A model generated the notes under the pieces. It searched no databases and had not been told where the DNA came from. It saw only the letters and a program-made list of their open reading frames with translations. DNA of 61,503 bases, counting the filler, from Choristocarpus tenellus KU-1152 (taxonomy: Eukaryota; Protista; Phaeophyceae): the NCBI GenBank assembly GCA_964200185.2. It is 13 parts of 13 records of this genome, joined end to end, with 100 filler letters (N's around TTAATTAATTAA, not from the genome) between each part and the next. Parts side by side here need not be neighbours in the genome. Positions count along the whole stretch, not along the records: positions 11,119 to 13,790 come from CAXNAD020025768.1; positions 13,891 to 18,891 come from CAXNAD020012211.1; positions 18,992 to 27,496 come from CAXNAD020004642.1; 10 more parts are not named here. One strand, given 5' to 3'. Below, one piece after another: positions 11,855 through 24,189 of the stretch; within the stretch, counting starts at the first letter, position 1; the number at the start of each line of letters is the position of its first letter. The translations under genes were made by a program, and so were the position numbers.

Positions 11855-13716
11855 ATGGCCCCTTGGGGAGGGGAAATTCAAGATGAGAGATCAGCCGTGC
11901 AAGGGAACGGGGTTGGGGTTGGGGCTAGACCCGTATTTAAACTCAAGTTAAAACAATATTCCTCGAAACAACCTGTGTTCAAGGGGGAACCAGGAACTTG
12001 GAGGAAGTGGAGTAAAATATTCCTTACCCATGCTCTCTCATCGGGATGGAGGGAGCCACTGGTAACGAAGGAACACCTGAGGGTATTGTCACTGGACTAT
12101 TCCCCGACTGGTGTAGACCCGCACCTTCACCTTGCGACGACGTACGCGATCAATGGACTTCAAGAGGCTACCGCTGGGCCAGCCTTGGATATTGTTTTGA
12201 CATACGGATCTCCAAGTGAAGCATTCGCCGCACTCGTCAAGAATTACGCCCATTCTGGGCAAACTGAGAGAAATCTTGTGAAGCGGATATTGTTGGAGAT
12301 GGTGCTGGAACCTGGAGGAGATCCTGCTGACATCATAAACCGGCAGGAGGCTCTTATAATGGAGCTGAAGAGCCTGGGAGGTTCGGTGACTGAAGAAGAT
12401 CGAGTGGGTTGGCTTCAAAATTCACTCGGCAATGAATACGTCGACATATTATGCCAGATTGATGATGACGAGTCGCCAGAGGCGCGGATGAAACTGGAAA
12501 AGTTAGTCTTGAAGAAATACCGTATACGCTCTATCCAAAATGGGACAAGATCGACTGGAGTGAGAGCTGGCGCACTGGTGCCAGGACGGCAATCCAGACG
12601 TACTGGTGGTCGGCAACGGGCTTGTTGGGAATGTGGTGGACCTCACTTCCGATCCAAGTGCCCACAACTCAAAAAGCAGAAGGAGACTGAAGGGGGTATT
12701 ACCTGTTTTGTTTGCGGGGAATTAGGTCACCAAAGCTTTGGATGTCCTCAAAGAAAGTTTGGTGCGTCAAGGAGTCTGGAATCTCCGAACATCCTAAAGC
12801 TTCCTGGTATCGACTGGCATGAAAAGTTGGTACCAACAGCTCAAATGTCAAGCCTGCGTATGATCCTTGCACTGACTGCACGTTTGGGGTGGGACCTAAA
12901 TATGGCGGACGTAGTGAGGGCTTTCACCAATGCAAACCTGGAGGAAGACCTGTATGTAGAACCATCAGAGGGGGTGGTGACTGAATTCAATGTGGCGGTT
13001 GGGAAGCTACAAAAATCATTGTATGGGATTGACCAAGCATCATGTAATTGGAATGTCCTACTTGTGGCATCATTCCTGGAGCTGGGACTGGAACAATGTG
13101 AGGCTGATCTTTGTTTGTTTAGGTGGGTGTTAGATGGGGAACTGGTACTAATCATGCTCATTCATGTCAATGATATGCTTATGGCCAGCAAGGGGTCTAA
13201 GTATGCCATGGATGTAGTTCAGGGATTAAACAAGAAGTTTCCTGTGAAGTACCTTGGGGAGAAGGGACAGTTCATGGGATGTCGTATCAATAGGGATTGT
13301 GGACATGGGACAGTTTCCATAGACCAGCAGATGTATGTTGAAAGCTTGGCAGCCAAATGTGGGATAACGAGTGGCTGCAACCTTCCTGCTGCTACTACTA
13401 AAGAGCCTGTTGAGGAGGGACCGATTGGAGATGGTTATCGTGCAATGGTTGGGAGTTTGATGTGGGCATCAATCATGACCAGGCCAGATGTAGCATCAGC
13501 TGTAAGGAGCCTAGCAATGAAGTGTGTGAATCCCACAGTTACCGATTGGAAAGGGGCAGAGAGAGTGATTGCTTATTTATTGAAGACAAGTAGGAGGGGC
13601 TTGACCTTTGGTGATTTCAGTTTTTATGGTGATGCACCTAGGGACCAACTCATTGGCTATGCTAAAGCAGACTATGCCAATTGTGAGATTTCAAGATTTT
13701 CTGTGTCTGGCGGAGT
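11855..13716 (+). mobile_element. Ty1/Copia element ORF: gag + two zinc knuckles fused in frame to RT and start of RNase H; protease and integrase absent
   Basis: CWECGGPHFRSKC and CFVCGELGHQSFGC knuckles, then GIDWHEKLVP, DVVRAFTNANLEEDLY, LQKSLYG, LIHVNDML, YRAMVGSLMW, TRPDVA, IGYAKADYANC. Interrupted at 13717 by a MITE. Confidence 0.92.
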
Positions 13717-13790
13717 GACCCAAAGTATCTGGGAGGGGGGGGGGGGTCTACACCAAGGTGTCCATTTGGATCAAAATCAGGAAAAGTGCA
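13717..13790 (+). mobile_element. MITE family B, left part, inserted in Copia RNase H
   Basis: GACCCAAAGTATCT-polyG-TCTACACCAAGGTGTCCATTTGG...CAGGAAAAGTGCA, homologous to 52281-52432. Confidence 0.85.
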
Positions 13791-13890
13791 NNNNNNNNNN
13801 NNNNNNNNNNNNNNNNNNNNNNNNNNNNNNNNNNTTAATTAATTAANNNNNNNNNNNNNNNNNNNNNNNNNNNNNNNNNNNNNNNNNNNN

Positions 13891-14845
13891 TCGCAAAGCC
13901 TGGCCTTAGGCAGGAACATCTCCGAATCACTGATTCCCAGCGGAACCTGTTAAATAAAAGAACAGTGTAATACACGAAAAACATATCGGGAATGTGAGTG
14001 GACGAATGGTGAGGAAGAACTACCTAGGCAACGTCTATACCATGGCGGTCAAACACCACTCGTTTACGACTATAGGTGGATGATGTGGCAGTCAGAGACC
14101 ACTCAATGTACAACAATGAAGGATGATGGTTCCCTCGGAGCCGCAGATGCCATCACACCCACGGAGACAATGAGGCTAAGACGAAAACCCCGCAAACACC
14201 GCATGAAGATCACAAACCCTAGTGGGAAAAGAAAAGAATCCAGGTGAGCGTAGGAAGCTACAAAGAATCCTAAGTGTTGAGGTGAATACGGAGTATTCTC
14301 TCCAGTTTGAAGAGAGGCGGTAGGACCTCCATATTACAGGATGGAAGTCTCGGTAGGACCTCCACCTTACAACGTGCCCCCCAGAATTCACCTCCACAGA
14401 ATATGTTACAGGCACCTCTCGATGCTCACCTTTCCAGGATGTACAAGTCAAGTCCAATTCAAGGATTATCGAACGTCAGCTCAGCAGAACAGGGGTACTC
14501 TCAATGAATCAATCAGTATAAGAAATATATAATGTTTGATATCAGATTTGAGAGTGAGACATATGTGGGTCTTGTTAGATCAGAAGAACTGATCTGGTTT
14601 GAGCCGTTTTTAGGAACTCTAATCATCATTTGCCGCTGGGGGATTGTTCGGGTTTGCAAATACTGGTATGTATCTGAGACCCTTTCCGACCATCCATCCA
14701 TGACCCTCTGCAATTACCCGAGTTACAGTTTATTCTGCAACTTTTAGGCAAATCGGAGTTCCCCCTTTTGGGGTTCCCCACGCGCGTATACTGCTCGCGC
14801 TGGTTAAAGCACGGGAAGAAACACTCGCGCTATTCGCCTGTGACA
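13891..14845 (-). repeat. Dispersed LTR-like repeat, reverse-complement homolog of 56134-57411
   Basis: Collinear homology, e.g. GGAAGAACTACCTAGGCAACGTCTATACCATGGCGGTCA. Both copies share the same terminal boundary TGTxxCAGGCGAATA. Confidence 0.85.
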
Positions 14846-17419
14846 AATATGCAACTCAAATCCAACAACCCTAAAACGATGCTACACGGGGGTCCACAGG
14901 TGATGACCACGTGCGGTGTCAGTTGGTGCTTTAGCTCAGTCAAATGCTCACTCAACACTGGTCTACATTGCGTGATGTACAGAACACACTTGGAGTCACT
15001 TGCTTTATATTGTCCAGGATAACACCTGTACCTCCATTGCACTGTAACCATACTGTTTTCAGTTCGACCCTCCGAGCTATTTGCTCTATTGCGCCAGTTG
15101 CTCGGACAGTGACAATGCTGAGGATTGTTTACCCTCTAGTGTTTGTTGCCCAGATAAGCCATTATTACTTGTATTTCAAAAGAGTTTTGAATTTGAGTAG
15201 TGAGTAGCGTAGTTCGAGTTTGCCCCTTTTCTTCTGATTGTTGCTGATGACGACCGGTCTATCCCTTCCATTTGTTGAAGGGGGCTTGTTGAGTGATACC
15301 TGCGGATGGATCACAATGTTTGGAAGGAGCAATATTCGATACCATCCATATCCATCTGTTGAAGAAGAGGGCGGAAGTTGCATTCGACGTACCCCACAAC
15401 CAAGAGGAATGTTCAAGGACTCCAGCGCAGCATCTCTGAGTGATGTCAATTGCCAATATTGCAAGCTATTATTCTCTTGTAGAAAGGTTTTGTCCTTCAT
15501 ACGACCACACCGATCACACCTCATTGTTGTAGTGGTGGTTAAACTTGGTACAAGACTCCCATAGGTGGTAGAGTTTCCTCGTCTGTCAACTTTATCGGTA
15601 CGTTTTTTTTTATCTTTCCTCTGCGCTTTATTTGTACGTCTCTTGTACCTTTTATATGAACTTCATACATCCGTGATCTGTATGTGATCTGTATCTGTAG
15701 GTGATCTGTACCTCTTATGCACTCAACCTGTACTTGACCTACGCCTCAACTCTTTCATTGGTGATATTCATTTGTGATTTATATGCTTTTCAATCAGTAC
15801 CTCATACGTTACTCACCTGTTCTTTCATTTACGCATATTTTTCCCGCCATTAATTTGTACTTACATTTGCACTTTGTTCCGTACTTTCATCTGTACTTAG
15901 TTGAGTATCAGCATTTGTCCCTATATCTGTACTTTCGTCCGTACCTATATCTGTACTTGCATTTGTGCATTGCAGGAGCCAAAAGGAAAACACTTGGATG
16001 AGGAGTTTGTACGCATCACGTACAATGGCAGGGCAGTTAAACCTTCCTTCTGCCAGACAACAAAGTGTCCACTGCGCATTTTTACGGATTTCGTGAGACA
16101 ATTTCAGGTACCTCAGGACATCAAGGCGAGCACAGATATCCAAATACCTCCCGTTCTCAGACCCTCACCTACCTGCCCTGCCTGCTATTACCGGGGACCT
16201 CTGATTTCGTATGAATTGTGCCATCCCTTACCCTTGAAAAAACAACTTTTGCTCATGTTCCTTAGGCTTTCGATTTTTTTGTCTGTAGATGACATCACTG
16301 TTAGTCCAATTCGTGACGTTCTTGAAGAGGCGTTCAGGTATTGTTCACCCTTGTTCATTACTAGATGATTGATCAAGTATCAATTATTTTTTAAGACGAT
16401 CCACGTATATCTATGCACATGATAGCAAAATGAAGCAAACAAGCGGTGGATAGTTGGAACTGCCGTTTGATTTGAAAAATGCTTACGTACACAGTATGTG
16501 AGCGGAATGAGAATAGGGTTCCAGGAAGTAGTGGGCTGCCATTTTTCCAGAGCAATCCGAGATTGGTCATGTCTAAGTATTTGACCATCGGTGGGATGGT
16601 ATGACAGTATGAATATGTCAATGAAAGTAGAGAGTATATCCATGATAGTGTCAACATTTAACACATCATGCAGTTGTCGTCATTCTCACATTCATACTCT
16701 ACCGCTGACTATGCCGCAACCCTGAATCTGCCACCCAAGCCAGGAAGAGCAAATGGGATAGCTATGCACATAATATTGTATACACTTGTGTGAAAAGAAT
16801 AAAACACTTGGGAAAAAATTCCTATAAAGTGAAGGGTAGAGCTTTATGTTGGGCAAGAACCAATCTTCTGGGGTGGGGATGGAGTGCCGCTTGTGTATTT
16901 TGCGGGTGCTTTCTAGGTAGTTGGGTAGATGAAGTAGCTGTTGCGCCCTAAATTGCGCGATCTCTGCAATTATCTATGGGAATATATGTTAGAACTGTTC
17001 TGGTGACAAGACCAAATATCTTATTTCTTCTCTGTCAAGGTTCCAAAGTGCATCTGAATCCAACGTAAAATGATATAATAGTCTCTTCAAGTTTGTGCAA
17101 TAATAGACGGTGAGGGTTGAGGTTCGACAGCAGTCTTGAATTTCCGCTGCTATACGTGTAGCCACAGGTACTAATACCGTGTATGTATGTATGGCACTCC
17201 ACTGACATGGCAGCACCAATGTAAGTAGTGAGAGTGGCAGGAGAATATAAGGGATTTAGTTTCTCTTTGAAATAGAAATCGACATGGATGGCAGATAATC
17301 CAAGACTAGCTGACCCTTTATCCTCAGTCCTCTCTTTCCTAGAAGCGAGTTAACCATATCCCTAACCCTGATATGATACATGTGTGTGTATGTGTGTGTG
17401 TTGTTTTGTTCATGTGCAG

Positions 17420-17558
17420 GAGGCATGTCGAAGGACTCCGCTGCCTAGTTCGTGTCCCCCTAAACTTATATTGCGATGGCACCAACAGCAAATACCTGTA
17501 TGAAGACATGGCCCAACAACAAGTCCTCCATGAAACACTCTTCACTAGAGGAAGATGA
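17420..17558 (+). CDS. Possible terminal exon of unknown gene
   Basis: Pyrimidine/GT tract and tgcag acceptor followed by coding-like RHVEGLRCLVRVPLNLYCDGTNSKYLYEDMAQQQVLHETLFTRGR*; family not recognised. Confidence 0.3.
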
Positions 17559-19644
17559 TAGAATTCGCTAGTATCATTAGTGGGAATGAGGAAGAAGGAG
17601 AGGGGAAAGGGATACTTGTGAGAGGAAGACGCTTCTGTTTTGCCTTGAGTTAGTTTTCCATTGGGAGTGGACTTTCTTCTCGCAGAGCTTGAAGGGCAAA
17701 CGATTTCAGTGTACAGGAATCTTGTGGTCTTAGAGGGGGCAGCAGGGGGGAGGGGTTATGTGTGATTGGAGAGGTGATGGAGCTGGGTATAAAATTGTGA
17801 GAGGTGGCAGAGTGACAGTCTGGTAAGACCGTGGGAGAAATCAATGACGATATAATAGTTCTAGCTCATACCTTCAGTGGTATAAATCGCTGTATCATAC
17901 CTTTCCACCTACCCCCCCGTATTCATCTGGCTACAATATCTGATTTCTGGGGAAAATGGGCGGGCCCAGCATAGACTGGAGCATAATTTTGCAAAGGATG
18001 AGAAAATTGCTATTTGTCGGTTTAGTGGGGATTGACTCTCTTCTATTCTGTATTTTTTTGTCAAGCAATTTTTGCTTTCAAATGACAGTGAGAATAGGTG
18101 TTTATTGGTGTGTTTCCTGTAATTAATCTTCAGGGGTTTTTCTCTTTCGAGGGAATGAGGGATTGATTGGTGTGAGGTGGGTGGAATTGGCTGATACTGG
18201 TTGTCATAGTAAATATCCATCCTGGGTGCTTCATTTATTCTGTAAAATCTTGTGTACTTTAAAGTTTGACACCTTGTACATCTCCTTGTATGAATTTGTT
18301 TTCACTGAACTATATTTCTTTTGAAAAAAATGTTTTTGTTGTTGATGCTATTAACTAGGTGGTCACCTGCGTAGTCAAGACAGGGATAATGCTTCTTCTA
18401 CACAATGTTCCTGCTGAAACAAGAGCAGACAGCGTAAGTTGCCCTCTTACAGTGAACAAAGATTGTTTGTTTCCTACTACCTGGCACTGGAAAATATCTA
18501 GGGGGATGCCATACACTCCAGAGTATGTTACATACATACACATTTGCTATCACTAACCAAATAACACCTAATTCTTCCTTGTATTTTTAGCAAGTATATT
18601 TATTACTTCCTCCGGTCGGAATTAAGGGCAACCTAACGTTTGCAGTCCAGATGAAGAAGCAAGACTTCTTTCACACTTTGAAATTTTATGGGTGTATTTC
18701 CCTGATACTGAAAGGTTGCCCACCAAAATGTCAAGCAAAATGGGGCAGTCGACACCTGTCTGTGATTCCACACCACCAATGCCCTCCATAACTCCATTAT
18801 AGCACGGTATTTCACCGCATCCACTGGGGCATTGGGGGGGGGGGGCTTGCCTGCCTTCTCAGCCTTTTCCTTGTTAAGATGGGAGCCAAAGNNNNNNNNN
18901 NNNNNNNNNNNNNNNNNNNNNNNNNNNNNNNNNNNTTAATTAATTAANNNNNNNNNNNNNNNNNNNNNNNNNNNNNNNNNNNNNNNNNNNNCGTGTGAGG
19001 CTTCACACCTTCTTATCTTCACTACTAACAAATAGCATTACCTCCCAAGGTAATTTGCACAGAAAGTATTAGCAGGATGTACTAACAGGGGGTGCCACAT
19101 GTAAGGAGGAAAGTGAAGAAGCAATACGATATAAGCTGCAACCTCTGTAAGAAGAGCTCTGTATACTGCTCACGATTGCAAGGGTGGGATTGTGAGAAGC
19201 AGTGCATCCGCATATTCAAGGAGAAGCAAGGATTAAGTGGCAATATATCACAGTCTGCTGGATAAACCAGATGGTGTCAGTGTGATAAGGCACGTATCCA
19301 AGCGGTGGGGTGGCACTGGGGTAAGTATTTCTGTGAGGTGAAGATAAAGTGATGGTGGAGTTCTACTCTGCTCTAATTCCTAGGCAGGGGAAGGATCAAA
19401 GTCTAGAACAAAGGGCCGTGATGTTTTCTACAAACTCCAATAGATCACCAACCCTGTCAACACAACCCTGAACAGGTACTCCTTCACCTCTAACATCAAT
19501 GGACACTTTGATACAATGCATTAAGGCTCTTGCCTTGTACTATTTGCTCAGTGTGTGACGTTGCATCATTATCCCAACTTCATATGAACACAATTTATGG
19601 TACCACCTCAAAGCGAGATGACCAAATGTGATCGAGAACTCTAC

Positions 19645-20590
19645 CTGATGGAAGGGAATCTCTTCCAATCTGGCCCACGAGCAATCTATGACAGACACAC
19701 CAATGCTTTCGACCACCTCCTGGAGGATGAGTGAAGGAGGGCAAAGGGCAAGGTAGCAGGGATAAGGAGGAATTAAGGGGTGGGTCCCGAGATTGCAGGG
19801 GACCTCTGGTAAAGTAGATGTTAAAGTTGTTTTGTCACTACTAAAAATATTTCCAGCAGGTGGTTCTGACCTGAGCAGAATGCATGCCGGAAGACTAGGC
19901 ATTGAATGCAGCGATAATTAGGTCTCAGGGTGTTTTCCGTCGAGGTCAAGCTATTGGTGCTCGACTTTGGTGGTTGGTAAAGTATGAACATATAAGAAAC
20001 ACTTTCTTATGATGACAAATTCAACCAAGCAGATCTCACCCTATCCTCGGGCGAGACTGATGAGTGGCCATTGGGACTGAGCACCAGGCCCAAGAAAGGA
20101 GCACCGAGGTCCATTTCACGTACCAGTCCTGCTTCACAAGTATCATCGTCAAAGGACGTGTGGAAACACTACCACATTAGAGTACGTCTTGAATTGTGCC
20201 AAAAAAAAAGGATTCAAGTGCCAACTATGAAATCAAGGGAGGAGGTTATTTCCACAAACTCCTTGATCAAGGTGGGTTCAAAACAGGCGGACACTCACCC
20301 AGCCTGCACAGTTTACGACCTGTACATCGCTTTACATCGCACTGTTCAAAGTCCCACATGCGAAGATTCACAGTCATGGCCTTTCTCCGAGGTCTGGCGT
20401 CATCCCTCTCGTCTCTTGGTCCATTAAGATGCTCACGCTGCGTGTGCCTGAACGACCTTGTTGTGTTGATCTGATTGCGAGAGGCCCCCGAGCCTCCACC
20501 TCCTCGTCGTGAGGTTCGTCCTCTACCTTTCCCATCTCGACCTTTCTTGCCACCTCCTTTTCCCTTGCCAGGGCGATTACGGTCTTCCAT
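19645..20590 (-). CDS. TSR3: 18S rRNA aminocarboxypropyltransferase Tsr3, 5' exons 20299-20590, 20040-20128, 19645-19719 (3' part not on contig)
   Basis: Phase-consistent exons give [23 protein letters not shown]|[29 protein letters not shown]|[23 protein letters not shown], which are Tsr3 signature motifs. Confidence 0.93.
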
Positions 20591-20960
20591 TTCTTGTCAG
20601 GGAAAGGAGGGACACGCAACAAACACAATTTCGGATAATGTGTATTGAGATATGTGAACGAAGAAATACATGGAAGGCAGCCCCATAGAGCCAGCCAAAG
20701 AGGTTTTACACTGCTTTTCCCGCCAAAAATACTCGTTAGCATTCTATTATTTGTAAAAGAAAATACAACGGGTACCTACCCATACCCCCCTTCACCATGA
20801 TCCATCACTCTACTTTGTGAACAAACATCAGATCCACGAACACCTTGATCCAAAGAGAGTACCCCAAGCACATCGCAAGCATACCCAATACGCAAGACCT
20901 CGCGTCACAAGTCCTCAACGACTTTGCTGAAAAACACTACGAGATAAAAGGCCAGACAAG

Positions 20961-22442
20961 ATGAGCAACATGCCTGCTTCTGCTACCGAGATCGCTGACT
21001 TCGAGTCCATGATGTCCCTTGATGCTCCTATCAAGACCTCTGTCATGCCCCGATGGCAGCGCAAGCAGCTCCAAGAAGCATCTAGCGGAGCCCCTCCACA
21101 GGGGGAGACGCGTGACCGCTTCATCCCAAACCGTAGCGCTATGTGCATGGACATGAGCAACTACGTCCTAAGCAAGGAGAACGGGAACCCAGAAGACCCA
21201 GCTGTCCCTGGGGAAGTGGTGGGTCCTGATGGACGTGGAGGAAACAGCGCGGATTTCAACAAGGCCCTCGAGTCCAATCTTCTGTGTGCAAAAGGTCGCT
21301 CGGAATCAAGGCACCGTGTCTTGCACTTCCGCAATGCTGCCCCTCAACCGACGGAGGGGTACCAGAACGGCCTGAAGGTCCTCTACAGCCAGAACAAGAC
21401 TCGTGGAATACACCAGACAGTGAAGCCTACCCGTAATATTCCTTCTGCCCCTGTCAGGATCCTCGACGCCCCGGATCTTCTGGACGACTACTACCTGAAC
21501 CTTCTTTCCTGGGGGGAAAACAATGTCCTCGCTGTTGCCCTTGGCCAATCCGTCTACCTCTGGAACGCTGCCAGTGGTGATATCACGGAGCTCGTTACCC
21601 TCGAGGGCGACGACTATGTTTCGTCGGTTTCTTGGATCCAGGAAGGTGGGTCTCACGTTGCCATCGGTACAGGGAGTGGCCAGACGCAGCTGTGGGACGC
21701 CGGAGCAGTCAAATACGTTCGTGGCATGAACGGCCACAGCGCCAGGGTGGGGTCTCTTTCATGGAACAAGCACATCATAACTTCAGGATCCCGCGACACC
21801 ACTGCAGTTCATCACGATGTGCGCGCTCGCCGTGACATTGTGGCCACGCTCCGTGGACACAATCAGGAAGTGTGCGGGCTTGCTTGGTCTCCTGATGGCT
21901 CTACCCTGGCCTCTGGAAGCAATGATAACACTCTTTGCTTGTGGGATGCTTCTATTCCTGAGGGTCGCTTCTCCACGACTCCCCGTCATGTTCTCACAGA
22001 GCACCAGGCAGCAGTGAAGGCCTTGGCATGGTCCCCTCATGAGCGCAACCTTCTGGCATCTGGGGGTGGAACTGCTGACAAGTGCATCAAGTTCTGGAAC
22101 ACGCAGACAGGTTCCATGGTGAACAGCGTTGACACCGGGAGTCAGGTGTGCTCCCTGTTGTGGTCCAAGACTGAGAAAGAGATCCTGTCCAGCCACGGTT
22201 ACGCACAGAATCAATTGTGCCTTTGGAAGTATCCCACAATGGCCAAGACGCGTGAGCTCACCGGGCACACCTCCCGAGTGCTGCACATGGCTCCGTCACC
22301 TGATGGGCGGACAGTTGTGTCTGCTGCAGGTGACGAGACCCTGCGTTTCTGGGACATCTTTGCCCCTCCTTCCAAGACCAAGAGCATGGGGGGTGGTCGG
22401 GGTGACTCCCACAAGGCCATCTCCCAGCTCAATATTAGGTGA
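20961..22442 (+). CDS. CDC20: APC/C co-activator Cdc20/Fizzy, complete, single exon, 493 aa
   Basis: PRWQRK, C-box DRFIPNR, KEN, ILDAPDLLDDYYLNLLSW, WD40 repeats, LASGGGTADKCIKFWN, AAGDETLRFW and C-terminal IR tail. Confidence 0.97.
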   Translation: MSNMPASATEIADFESMMSLDAPIKTSVMPRWQRKQLQEASSGAPPQGETRDRFIPNRSAMCMDMSNYVLSKENGNPEDPAVPGEVVGPDGRGGNSADFNKALESNLLCAKGRSESRHRVLHFRNAAPQPTEGYQNGLKVLYSQNKTRGIHQTVKPTRNIPSAPVRILDAPDLLDDYYLNLLSWGENNVLAVALGQSVYLWNAASGDITELVTLEGDDYVSSVSWIQEGGSHVAIGTGSGQTQLWDAGAVKYVRGMNGHSARVGSLSWNKHIITSGSRDTTAVHHDVRARRDIVATLRGHNQEVCGLAWSPDGSTLASGSNDNTLCLWDASIPEGRFSTTPRHVLTEHQAAVKALAWSPHERNLLASGGGTADKCIKFWNTQTGSMVNSVDTGSQVCSLLWSKTEKEILSSHGYAQNQLCLWKYPTMAKTRELTGHTSRVLHMAPSPDGRTVVSAAGDETLRFWDIFAPPSKTKSMGGGRGDSHKAISQLNIR

Positions 22443-24189
22443 GTGGTCTCCCCCAGCCGATGGCTGCGTTGTCTGGTCTATTTTTTGTGAATAGTGTGAA
22501 TAGTGTTTGGATCTCTGTTCTGGTGTCAGTTGTGGTGTTATGTTTGTAAATTGTTGTAGAGATTTTTGTGAGATTATGATGTAGACGTTCAATTCCCCCA
22601 AAATAGATACACAATTTTGTTGTAGAGTGTATGTAGGATGACTGTATTTTAGTATGTACTCCTTACTGTGTGAGTATATATATATATATTGTTCGTAGAG
22701 GTTATTTATGTTGAAAGTGCTTCAGAAATTTTGGAAGGAAGTTGGAGTCTTACCGTGACACCTTTTTCTTTTTTTAATGTTTTGTTGTGCTTCTACTTAA
22801 TTCTATCTGGCTTTTGTCGGGACAGCTGTTTTTTTTATCCCAGGCTAGTACTTCCTTTTTGTAGGGGGTTTGGTGGTACATCTGTAATGACCACTGACTG
22901 ATGTGTTGCTTACTGCTTGTCTTGTGTTTTTGTCTTTGGGGGTGGCCATCTGTAATGCCGCCCCTCCCCCCCCTTCCAACATTTACAAAGAAAATGCCAA
23001 TGTCGAGGTGAAGATGGTGACTGGTGTCTTTTGACACAGGTTTCCATCTGACCTTAGATGGACCTGTACACATCTCAACCCCACTGATGCCACCAATGGG
23101 TTGATCAGTAATCATCTGGGAGGAAGTACTCAAAGCAACATCCTACCAAAAAACAAAATATACATGTAATTGCAGATGAACACACAAGTAATCAATATAT
23201 TTAATGTCATGTCTATGTGAAGTACATAGTTAATAGTGTTTCATTCATCAGCAACATCAATGCCAGGCACCTTGATGTGTGATTCGGTGTGAGGAAAGCG
23301 TGTGGCAAGTTAGAAAATTGAAGAAATGCAACATCATACCTACCTAATCTGTCAGAGACTAGCGGGAAGTCAATATATTAGGAAAGTGTGGAAAAACGTG
23401 TGCTGTGGTAAGGTTAAGATTAATGATCAATGTTCATGGAACAAGAAAATGAAAACGTACCCTCATATATAGGGGACACGAAGCAGTTGAAATATGTTCC
23501 ACGTGTTTGGTGACTGTGAGTCAATTCTGGTTTCAAGTCTCCCAAAAATCAAGGAGCCTCAGAAGTGTGGGGTACAAATGTTTACGCAGGTGGACCAGTG
23601 GTATCTCGACATTGGGTCAAAAGAAAAGCACTGTGCGTGGTTTTATGGTTAACGTTAGTATCACTATATTGTTGAGTTTCCTAGTGCAGTCTCTTTCTAC
23701 CACCATCCAACACCATCTATTTCCCATACTAAAAAAGCAATGGGTGAGTGTTACCAATAAATAGTTAATGGGGACCGGACCAGAGTAACTTAGATAATCT
23801 GTTTCTTGTTTTGTTCCAAACAGCAGAATGTGTTATCTAATGTGAAGATATAAAACACAGCATACTTTAATTAGTATAGAGAGCTAGCTTTGCATGATAG
23901 GTACAGTAAAAATGACCCGAGCATTTTTTTTGGTAGAGAAGACGTAACAAGGTTACATCAAGATAGTTCGGAAGTCAGCTGTCTCTTGTGAAGTATATTC
24001 CAATTTAATGTTGGTGTATAGAAGACTACCACTATATTCTTGTTGGGTTCATTGTGTTTGCTGCCTTAAATGTTGCTCCATTTCCCCCCTTACTGGCAAT
24101 ACCTCCAAAATGTCAGTAAAATACAAATATTATTATTTCAAAGTGGATTAGAGTATTTTAAGAATCATTGGAAGGACCACTCTTTTTGA

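Noticed and set aside
15165-16664. Helitron-like (LCCLAEGR..P) and CACTA-like (HPTDG) fragments
   Set aside because: Motifs are isolated and not in the expected order; probably degraded mobile DNA but the family cannot be supported.
21306-22601. Antisense and alternative-frame ORFs over CDC20 (likewise over the acidic exon and poly-G/C tracts)
   Set aside because: Shadow ORFs of GC-rich coding sequence or homopolymers.
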